From Gnetum montanum (Eukaryota; Plantae; Gnetophyta), in assembly GCA_015680685.1 (NCBI GenBank), contig MNCI01003059.1, positions 1 through 64,000 of the forward strand: 64,000 nt of DNA, written 5' to 3'. Shown here in pieces: positions 53,608 to 64,000 of the stretch (positions are counted from its first letter, which is position 1; each line of letters begins with the position of its first letter). Under the pieces are notes generated by a model. That model worked only from the letters and a program-made list of their open reading frames with translations. It was not told where the DNA came from and ran no database searches. Both the position numbers and the translations under genes were made by a program.

Positions 53608-56255
53608 ATGTCTCTTCCACAAGGAGGCGATAATGCACTATATAACGAAAACATTCATTGGAGAACCAATGAGATATATAGTGAGGAAAATTGGAATGAC
53701 CAACCTTATGCAAGGGTTTCTTATGTTCATAACTACCTTGATGACACTCAAAGACTACATTCACCTAAGGCATACAATCTTGGAGGAGATGACGTAAGTC
53801 TTGAACTAGGGGAGGCCTCAATGCCTAAGACCTCCTTGAGACCAAGAAACAACAAATCAAAGGACCTTAGGGAACACCATAGAAGCCATGGCAATCCTTC
53901 CAGTTCCTCATCTTTCTCATCCCTTTCAACGTCTAGTTTTGACAAAGATGAACATAGGAGTGAAGATAAAGCTCCACTAAAGGATCAGAATAGAAACAAA
54001 AATCGAAACCACAAAAACACTTACAACCATCAACATGAACATAGACAAAATCGTCACAATCAACCGAATAGAAATTGTCATCACAACTTGTTTGATGACG
54101 ATGAACCCTTTTTGACCATTCGGAGCCTAATGCAAATCACAGAGGCAATTAAGATATCTTATAAACATCGCAAAGAGAGTCACCTACCCAGGCTTGATAT
54201 GAATAATGTTCCTAAATTTTCAAGAGGCTATGATTTAGATCTGCAACATCATTTACAAGCCTTCCATGATGCCTATGCTTTCTACAACATTGAAAGTGGG
54301 TGGCAAAAGCTTAAGCTCTCTCCTATGACACAAATTGATAGAGTAGAAGTGTGGTATAGATCGTTAAAACCAAATTCAATTCTACAATGGTCGATAATAC
54401 TAGAACTCTTCAATAAGAAATACCAAACCTATGTGAGGGTGTCCAACCTAAGGAGACAAATCCAAGAATGGAAGCAAGAACAACATGAACCCTTGGACAT
54501 GGCCTTAGATAGATATTGTTTTCTATTGAATAAATGCCCCGGTCATGGTTTCTCCAAGGAAAGACAAATTTTTCACATCATATATAGGCTTCATAATAAA
54601 ACAAGATAGACCCTTTGGATGTATGCCCTAGGTCAATTAGACGAGCTATAAGTTCAATAGATCCAAGAACTAATGCAACGTGTGGAAAAAGAAGAAGGGG
54701 AGATATGTAAATGGTAGAACGTTGAGAAATATTAGTGGGACCCAACTCTTCAACAAAAAGAGGTCCATATTTATAGTAAGGAGAAAGAAATCATTCTTGA
54801 TAAGGTGATTCTGCAATAAACCTTGCTAATACAGAAGTCTATTGATGAACTTGAAGCAAAGTTTAATAGGATGTCAAAATGGATCTATGAAAACATTACA
54901 ACTCTCATTGAGATGATTGAGGAGAGGATCATGCAAAACAAGCTAGGTGATCACAATAAAGAAAGGATACAAAACCAATAAACAACTAGGAACACTTTTC
55001 AGCAAACAAGAAAAATGGCTAACGAAAGTGAGGTTATAGACTTAATCACAGATGAAGATAATGGATGTGACATTTGCATATACGATCATTAGAAGGGCCA
55101 TTTCCTAGTCTTGTTACATCTACATGAGTATTGGACAGGTGTCTTAAATATGAAGTTTGTAGAGAAGCACATGCCTGGGAGATTTCCTCCTCCATAAGGT
55201 AATTATAGACAGTTCCACAACCAACCATACCATCCTAGGAGAACTTATTACCTGCCTCAACACTATCATCAACCATAATGGCAACAACCATAGTCATGGG
55301 GGAGGCCACCATCAAATCAACCCTATCCTTCCTATTTGCCAAAACTGTATAGATATTATGTTCAACACCCTGTTTCTCCAACTAGTTCTATGTCATCTAC
55401 TTCAAATCGCCACTAACTCTCTTGAGTACCATCAACCCCCATGACATCCCTGGAGGGATCACCACCTTGTGCCTCTTATCATCCATCTTACCTTGATATT
55501 ATGTTCAACACCCTGTTTCTCCAACTAGTTCTATGTCTTCTACTTCAAATCACCACTATCACTCTCTTGAGTACCATCAACCCATGACATCCCTGGAGGG
55601 ATCACCACCTTGTGCCTCTTACCATCCATCTTACCCTCGATATTCTCATACTCCACCTCATCACATGCCACCACCAAGGACACAAGAAAGTTTTGCACCA
55701 TGATATCAACAAAAAAATGTCACTTTTGCTACAAATGTGCATAGACATGTTGACACTAGTAGATCTCAACCACCACATTAGAAACGTCCCTTCTTTAGGA
55801 AAGGCCGTAAGCCAAAGCAAAAGACTCATGGATCTACCACATCATTTGAACTAGCACAATGCCAATATAGTGCAATGCCTCCTATTTCACCACCACTATC
55901 CTTTGATCATACACAAGGGCCACCATCCATCATTACTCCAATTCCAAATCCAAGTAATGAATCTACAAGCATGGAGAGACCAACAAATCCATGCATACTA
56001 TATCATGATCAAGGGTGCAATTGTGGGCTAGATATTTGTCACATTAACACACCTCATATCCTAACCCACCAAACATTTGACACTCAAGTATGTGACCAAC
56101 GATTTGTCTACCCAACCACCGTGACACCAACAGACACCCAATGGTTAGGGAATGAACGGTTACCAATGTTTTATGCATGCATGCATCCTATCTATCCACT
56201 AATTAATCCTTGTCATGGCCAAATATCTAGTCATGGGGGTCACCCCCCATTCTAA
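53608..56255 (+). pseudogene. gag (open for 333 aa, 53608-54609) plus decayed Pro/His-rich extension ending GGHPPF*
   Basis: PKFSRGYDLDLQHHLQAF, LRRQIQEWKQEQHEPL, CPGHGFS; downstream stops; homologous end point to the other copy (EGYPPFY*). Confidence 0.85.
55352..55643 (+). repeat. 143-bp tandem duplication within the gag extension
   Basis: gatattatgttcaacaccctg... at 55352 and 55495, bounded by GATATT; single copy in the 28925-38161 element. Confidence 0.85.
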
Positions 56256-58037
56256 TCTTCAAGATTCATAAGTGTTTTCCATCTTTTTATTTTCCAATTT
56301 TTTGTCATTTTCTCATTTCTTAGTACAATTTTTCCTATTCCTTTCAACTTTTTCTATTTGTTGTTTTCATATTCTTGTTAGTAATCTTGCTTGTGAATAA
56401 AATGATCATGTTGCCCATTGAGGTGAGGTTTTCTTTATGTTGTTGAGTCATAAGGAATTGATTATTCAAACAATGAGACCACGTCATGCATCCACTCATT
56501 CCATTAATAAGAGTTTCTTTCCCTAGTCATAATGATATTCTTTTTCATCATCTAACCTAAAAATAAATCCATAATCATATGTTTAGGCAGAAAAGTGCAA
56601 AACCAAGGTGGAATGTAAGGGGTGTGACATCAAGGGGATTTTTGGATTCTCTTTGGCCAATTTTGTATGTCTATCATGTTACTGAGGTTGTAATTATATC
56701 CTTGTAGATCTAATGAAAAATGGAAGTACGAGTACCATAAAAAGACACTGAATAAATTCTACGGGTCCAATAGGAAAGACATGTACCCATGCATGAAGGT
56801 TGGCGGCTTCTTAGAACTCCATAAAAAAAAAGAAAAAAACAAGAAGGTGTGCCATAAATAAGCTCCTCCCTTGGATAAAATGCCAAGTGATGTTACTCCT
56901 CGTAGCTATGATAGTCTTATGGTTGTCTGCCAACGTGATGAAATAATGTAATGTCACTAAAATGTGGTTTGGACTTGGTTTAAATTTTGGAATAAAGGAC
57001 TCATGATTATTTAACCATTAATAACACACAAGGATTCACTATGCCCATGGTAAGACACCTCCTATCCTAATTTCTGTAATCCTTTCTACAATCCATCTCA
57101 TCTCGCTATCCATTTGATCCTAACTTGTGGTTTTGTGTAACATAGAGTTATTATCTCAAATTGGTGGTTTTGACATGTGTGTTTTGTTGCACAAGTATGC
57201 ATTGCATTCAACCCCTTTAGGGCCTATGGACATTTTTAGGTGTGGTTACATAAGGGCATTATGGGCTGGAGCATCCTTTGGGGAGGATCCACTTATGTAA
57301 CTTTTGTAACTTGTACTTGTTTGACATAACCACATCATTCTTAACCTTCCAAGTGCATAATTGTTAAATTTTGTAGTTTCCATTCTCATGTAACTTGATC
57401 CATCCACAACCTTAATTTCAATGCCATTTTTTTTGCTTCTTCCAAATCTTTTCACATCGACGACTCCACCTTTTCACACTTCCGGTGCCTTCATAAGCTT
57501 TCCTACTTACCCTAGAACTATGGACCTAACCTAAAACCTTCTAACCAACCTTAGAGCTTCATTTCTTATGCTCGATACCCCCATGAGATGCTTATTTATG
57601 GACCCTGATATCTAGTACCCAATATCGGGTGAGATGCAACATTGAATACCTGATATTAGGTTGCATAAAACCTATATATATGATCCCTGTGGTGCCCAAA
57701 CTTCATTCTCATCATTTGCAGCTAGGGGAGTTTTTCAAATTTTCTCTCGTGACCCAAAGCTTTGCGCAACCAACTACAACTTGCAATATTTGGCTTCCTA
57801 CTGCTCCATTTTTCGTNNNNNNNNNNNNNNNNNNNNNNNNNNNNNNNNNNNNNNNNNNNNNNNNNNNNNNNNNNNNNNNNNNNNNNNAACACTTTTTGGG
57901 GATTTTTCCTAAGAAATTTTCAAACTTTACATTCATATGAACTAAGAACTTAATGAACTAAAGTAATGAGTAAGGTATAAACTACTTAATGATAAAGAAC
58001 ACAACCTTAGTAACCACCAATCTTTGCTTAATTGCAG

Positions 58038-61000
58038 ATGGCACCAAAAAGAGGAGCACAAGAAGAACCTTCATAGTAAGCAACCAAGTGCCCACAAGGT
58101 GGCCAAGGCCAATAAGGTGAACGTATAAAGCATAAGGAGTAAGAAGCCTAATCATTCAGCATTCATCAAGAGGCTCCTATCATAAGATAGTTGATCTAAT
58201 GAGAGGTTGTAGAACCATAGGCCCTTGCATAAGGACAACATCTCACGTTGTCCTTAGAATGCCTCAAGGACATTTAAGAAAAATCCATGTCGACCATAGT
58301 CATCATGGAGATGAACTTCGGTCCATTTATGGAATTTTTTCTAGAAGCAGTTTGGATACAACTTCAAGCATCCCCTTTGTGGCTTGTTATTTTAGATAAT
58401 GGCAAGTGGTATCTTGGAGAAACATACCAATTCTGGCATAACAAGGAGGAAGGAACCACAGTTATCATTTGTGGAGCCAATGTTGACTTCTCAATTAAAG
58501 CAATAGCCAAAGCTCTGAATTTGCCAAATGAAGAAGCTAAGTTAGCCCATCTGTCTACAAGATCTAACCTTGACATAAGAAAGTTATTGCTGAGGCAGGC
58601 ATATAGCAAGGATAACAAGACATATAATGAATTGACTCTAGAGGAGAGAACCTATTTCAAAATAGGGACATATCATCTGTTTTCCACCAAAGGGCTCAAC
58701 CAAATATCCACCTATGTGGCTAGGGGAAGTGTCATCCTAAAGGACAAGTATGTAGCCAACCTTCGCCAGCTATATTGTACAAAGATCCAAAGGTGGTTTA
58801 AGGAGAAAAAGGTAGGAAAGACAAAACTCTCATTCCCTTGCCTAATTAGAAAGTTATGCAAGTGTGTTGGAATCTTGGGGTACATAAACGATGTTCCCAG
58901 GAAGGCTCAAAATGCTTCCTTCACAAAGTTGCTCAAACCTGCAACACCAAGAAAAGACCTTGGTGAAGAAAAAGAACTCGAGAAGGAAGCCAAACCAAAA
59001 AAAGAAGTAGAACAAGAGCCTAAAAAATGCCCTGAAACACAAGCTCTTCCACCACTACCACCACAAGACTACAAACTCTCAATGAGCCACGTGTAGAAAA
59101 TTGCTAAGATACTTAGCTGGGGAAGTAAGGAAGAATCAAGCCTCTTTAGAGTCTTGGATGGGGTACAACCCATCATTTCAGCTGATTTGACAAGAGGGCA
59201 AATCTCATTGCAATTAGGACAAGAATCCAGGTGGTCTAAACAAATCTCTAGAAATGTCGCATCCTTCCAAGTGATGCTCTAGACAAGAGAAGGTGCCACA
59301 GTTATGGTAATGCAACATTAGGATGTGGTAGGTGTAGCTAAAGTGATTATAGACCATATTAAAGAATCATTTAATGTGTCTATTGTGTCCCTAGTAGATT
59401 TGATTGGGACTAGAGATGCACAAATGCTTGCTGGAATTTCAATGACTCCTGTGGCACATGAGGATGTATTAGATCAATTACTGCAGATAAGCCAAGTGAT
59501 GGTCACCTTATTCGGCATCCCCAGTGATGTCACTGCAGCACAATTAGACCTCATTACCACTAAAGGAAAACTACTCATGGTAGAGACTAGGGTGGAGCAC
59601 GCAAAAGTAGAAGTGCAACGATTACAACAAGAGTTAGTTGCCTTGAGAGTCGAAACACGGGATCTTGCTCAATTTATTACGCCTAACTAGGTAGAGCAAT
59701 TTAAAACATAGCAGATGATCAAGTTGACTGAGGAAAATAAAGTTGTCAAGCAAGAAAAAGAGACGACAATTTGGAATGCCTCTATTGCTGATGCAAAATC
59801 CCATGCTTACAAAAAGGCATTGAACCCCACTTAGGAGGAGAATAAACAACTCGCTACAAAAACTCTAAGTTGACCATCATTGAACAACAAAAGAATATTC
59901 TAGAAGAAAGTTTCCATTAGTTGAGGGAACAACTGATGAGGGTCAACCAAGATATCAGTAGATTGGCCAGGGAAAATAGAACCTTCTTGATGAGACGCGA
60001 CATGCATAGTGCCGCGATATCGCGGTCCGCCGCCATATCTATAAATAAGAGGCGGCACTNNNNNNNNNNNNNNNNNNNNNNNNNNNNNNNNNNNNNNNNN
60101 NNNNNNNNNNNNNNNNNNNNNNNNNNNNNNNNNNNNNNNNNNNNNNNNNNNNNNNNNNNNNNNNNNNNNNNNNNNNNNNNNNNNNNNNNNNNNNNNNNNN
60201 NNNNNNNNNNNNNNNNNNNNNNNNNNNNNNNNNNNNNNNNNNNNNNNNNNNNNNNNNNNNNNNNNNNNNNNNNNNNNNNNNNNNNNNNNNNNNNNNNNNN
60301 NNNNNNNNNNNNNNNNNNNNNNNNNNNNNNNNNNNNNNNNNNNNNNNNNNNNNNNNNNNNNNNNNNNNNNNNNNNNNNNNNNNNNNNNNNNNNNNNNNNN
60401 NNNNNNNNNNNNNNNNNNNNNNNNNNNNNNNNNNNNNNNNNNNNNNNNNNNNNNNNNNNNNNNNNNNNNNNNNNNNNNNNNNNNNNNNNNNNNNNNNNNN
60501 NNNNNNNNNNNNNNNNNNNNNNNNNNNNNNNNNNNNNNNNNNNNNNNNNNNNNNNNNNNNNNNNNNNNNNNNNNNNNNNNNNNNNNNNNNNNNNNNNNNN
60601 NNNNNNNNNNNNNNNNNNNCATACAAGCAAGCCTAGGAAGACAACGAACGATTAACCCCAAGTGTTTCTTGTGGCGTTAAGGCATTTAGTCTGCGGAGTT
60701 CGACCGGATCACACGTGCACGCTCGTATTTGTATGGTTGAGTGTAGGGGTACCTCACCACTCATCACTTCTCAATGGAGGAGGTCTACGCTATTCAACAA
60801 AAGTTAGCAATTAAAATCAACACATAGCAAAATGAGGCCAAGAAACATGAAAAGCTGAATGAAAACTTCCACGACTAAGTAGGCATGTATAAGCAAATAA
60901 ATGAAAAGGAAATCCAGATGGTTAAAGTTAGTATTTGGTGCGAAATCCCAACTAGCAACCTATCTTGGATAGTTATGCATTAGTCCATCAAGCGGAAGTG

Positions 61001-61243
61001 AAAAACAAAGAATTGCAAATCGAAGATTTAAAGGAATACATGGCATTGGCTAACCTCAGATATGCCAACCTTGCCATGTTAACAGTAGGTCAGCCCAAAA
61101 GCTAGCTGGAAAAATAGTTAGCAACCACTTATGCATTGTATGAAAAAGAGTTTACAAATAGAAAAGAAGCTTTGTAAAAGATTCATGTGGCAAACTCAGA
61201 ATTGAAGGTGGTTAAAGCCCACTAACATGGACAAAAGGATGTC
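58038..61243 (+). pseudogene. Athila env-like ORF2 of the second copy, split by an LTR insertion at 59988-60766 and truncated at 61243
   Basis: ttgcag|ATG GCA CCA AAA AGA GGA; ORF 58287-59096 homologous to 31817-32563; frame resumes after 60771 (EYMALANLRYANLAML). Confidence 0.8.
59988..60766 (+). mobile_element. Young Athila-related LTR insertion (solo LTR, or full element collapsed into the N gap), TSD CTTCT
   Basis: TGATGAGACGCG start, CTCATCA end, CTTCT at 59983-59987 and 60767-60771; CpG-rich; flanks rejoin into the ORF2 sequence seen uninterrupted at ~30750-30780. Confidence 0.85.
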
Positions 61244-62934
61244 TGTAGCGACCAAAAATGTTGGAGGCTAGAATGGTACTCTGAGAGGTCCACTGTCACA
61301 CAACCTTGATCTTACTTCCATATGAGGGCCTGCTCAGAACTAAGGCGGGGTGCCCAAGACAATCTTGTCGATCAAATTGGGACTTACGAGTGTTATGATA
61401 AAATGAGTGTTAAAGGGGATGCGATGTTTTGTGATGTCCACGATGTTTGCCAGTGTGAGCATAGTAACGATTTTGGAGGTGAAAATAAGAATGTGAATGT
61501 ATGAATATTTACTTAAATAGTGAAAAATGCAAGTAGAATGCTTAAATATAAGAAAAACTATAAAAAATGCACAGAATGTTAGCTAGAGAGAAAGGAAGCA
61601 TCCCAAACTAGGGGGAGTGTAGTTAACTACAAAGAAAAGTTTAGGAGATACGTGGTGTACAAACAGGTGCAGTAGGCAGTGTAGTCACAGTCTTAGGGTG
61701 TTTGGCTGTGAAGAACTGACATCTGTTGTGGAGTTTGAGCTTGTCAGATTAGCTACTGTAGTGTCCTATGGGCTACAATGGTCAATGGTGTACAACGATG
61801 CTGTAGTGGTGTGCAACAGTGTCAGGTGGTGTCCCAAGATTTGCCAAAATGCCAAGTGTGCTCTGGTGTAAGAGTGCCAAAATGCTAATGTTTAAATTTG
61901 CCAACTGAATGTTTCAAAATGTCAACCCCTAAAACATGAAGCATAGGGATATTTATAGGCCACATGGTAGAGGGGTTAGCGTGAATCCTAGATTAGGTGC
62001 CACATGGTAGAGGGGTAGCCGGAACTACGTTAGCCCCAACTATGCTCCCATGAAAGCAAGATGGTGTTCTATTGGTGTGCTCCAATGAACTTTGTGAGAT
62101 TGCCAGATTTTTACTACACTTCCAAGAGTATAAATGCTAATTCCAAATAGATCACAAAGTACCTAAAAATAATGCAAAATAGTGTACTTTTGGAGACTAT
62201 GCTGCCCACTCTCCTGAGTGCTGTTGAGCATACGTACAATTTGGGAGTAAATGGAGGGTGCAAAAGAAATGCAAATTGTTGATCTTGCTTGTTGAAAGAA
62301 TGTTGGAGCTGAGATGCCAGCTAGTATTGAGCTCTAGAGCCTTCTAAAGATAATTCTGCATGACTACGCTAGCTATGCTATAGAGCATAGCCCAAGGAGT
62401 TAGGCAAATCTTGTTAGAAAATGATGCTCAGTGCAGGCTATGCTATCTATGCTCTAGAGCGTAGTCTCAGAGGGGAGAGCATAACCATGACACTTGGAAA
62501 AATATGGCAAAGATGACATGCCCATGCAAACTACACTAACTACACTCTAGAGTGTAGTAGGAAGCGTAAGCTGAGGAGTTAGAAAATCTACCAAACTGTT
62601 TCATCCATCCCAACCATGCTTAGTAGCATCTAGGTTGACACTAGGAAAATTTGCAAAACTGGTCATTCCAAGGCTAACTACATTGACTATGCTTTGCAAC
62701 GTAGTCTTAGCAGGGTAATTGTAGCTAGAACACTTAGAAAGATTTGCAGTTGCTATTGACACTAAGAAAAATTTTGCAAAATTGGACTATTAGTGTCAAC
62801 TACGTTGACTATGCTCTAGAGTGTAGTCTTAGTAGTGGAAGCGTAGTCTCAACACTTAGAGAAAATTTACCAAGTTTTGGCACTTAGCCAAATCTACAGT
62901 TGAGACCTAGGAGCCTAAATTTGGTGGTGTTTCA
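61244..62934. mobile_element. Solo LTR of an unrelated family (possibly Tat/Ogre-like), 1691 bp, apparent TSD ATGTC
   Basis: TGTAGCGACCAAAAAT...AAATTTGGTGGTGTTTCA termini; ATGTC at 61239-61243 and 62935-62939; internal diverged repeats (ctacgttgactatgctctagag.gtagtc) at ~62360-62860. Confidence 0.7.
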
Positions 62935-62939
62935 ATGTC

Positions 62940-64000
62940 ACCTAACTTTAACTAACTAAGTTCTAATGCCTAGCATCAGTATCCGTTCCCACTTGCCATT
63001 CACACCTTGAGCCGATGCAACCTTCTGGGATTACCAAACACTATTCATTGCTGGGATTACCAAGTGTAACACACGTGCTAGAAGTGGTCGTACTGAATGC
63101 ACTTAACTAGGAGAGAAGGGTTGAGAGAGATTAATTAACTAATAAAGCATTTAAACGATGAATAATAAATAACAATAATTAAAGTCTTATTTAGCTTAGT
63201 CCATGCACTGCAAGGTTTATCCAATAGTTCATATTTATTACCGTACACAAACTTGTGCTTAGGTACAATATTTGCTAGAATAAAGATCCATTCACTTTGG
63301 AGCTCCTACTGTGGGCACATGGAAATTATTCTATCTCTGAAGAGGTAAAACTGCCAGAGTTTCGCTAAGGGTCTAGATCTAGATAGAGAAACAAGGGAGA
63401 GCCACTTCTTATTTATAGAAATGATGGCGGATTGTGCGTGATATTGCAGTGAGGACATGATATTGTGTACACGATATCGCGGCCCATGCGATATCGCGTC
63501 CCATCATACCCCCCCATGACTGAATAAAAACTCATCCTCGAGTTCCTTACAAAATACTAGGAAGGTATGGGATTATTAACTTGAATGGAACTAATGGTGA
63601 ATGTGACGACATGTGAACGGATCATCATTACAGAACATGAGAAAACTAGTGTTCACGACAACAAGAGTGAACACTTTATACATTTAACATCAAGCCTTAT
63701 TTGGCAGCTGAGTAAGAGAGAAAGAGAGAAAGAAGTTTTGCTGCTGCCAACGCCAAGATTGCACCTTTTGTTGTCCATCCATAAGCGCATCATCCATATC
63801 GTTCCTTGCATAGCTACTTTAGCACCAATCCATTCCAAGTGTTCCCTCCAGATCTAATCCGTTGTTGTATGATTGCCATCTACACACACAACATAGTCTT
63901 ATATTAGCAAGGGTAAATGAATCACAATGCAGTTGATACCTTGCTTTGGTGAAAAGTCCATTGGCTGAGTTGTGGTATGGCTAATATGGATTTGGAGATA
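62940..64000 (-). mobile_element. Partial 3' LTR (to 63506), PPT and 3' internal sequence of another Athila-type element extending beyond the window
   Basis: gatatcgcgtcccatca|tacccccccatgactgaataaaaactcatcctcgag matches the LTR/PPT junction at 29777; LTR terminus resembles the 59988 subfamily (TGATGGGACGCG). Confidence 0.75.

Larger units (their letters stand above)
52653..61243 (+). mobile_element. Second long Athila-type copy (5' LTR 52653-53484, PBS 53486-53503, gag, spacer, ORF2); 3' end and 3' LTR missing
   Basis: TGATGAG...TTCATCA LTR, then PBS TGGCGCCATTGTTGAGGA (Athila-type, tRNA-Asp-like); reverse-complement colinear with 28925-38161. Confidence 0.9.

Noticed and set aside
59900-60661. 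Long ORFs in the track containing X runs (also 57629-57953)
   Set aside because: Artefacts of N gaps.

Overview
AT-rich, transposon-dense land-plant nuclear DNA with spliceosomal introns and several assembly Ns/gaps. Two apparently intact genes: a 7-exon secreted GH9 class B endo-1,4-beta-glucanase (+, 10461-12832, 511 aa) and a 12-exon PNISR/SFRS18-like Arg/Ser-rich protein (-, 43847-50080, 1019 aa by my exon model). What looks like a ~1.2-kb satellite at 23035-28595 is a head-to-tail array of about five decayed copies of exons 1-2 of a DUF2431/BMT5-like SAM-dependent methyltransferase gene. The dominant mobile element is an Athila-type Ty3/gypsy family with ~850-bp TGATG...CATCA LTRs. It is present as one complete TSD-flanked element (28925-38161), further partial or nested copies, and solo LTRs with TSDs. 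The two long copies carry gag plus an env-like ORF2 but no recognisable pol. ORF2 appears to have its own internal LTR-like promoter (GATATC motif array + TATA) and a CAG|ATG splice acceptor. Also present: an unrelated 1.7-kb solo LTR, a highly decayed LINE, a dispersed tRNA-derived SINE-like family and minor tandem repeats. All calls come from manual reading; no database searches were run.
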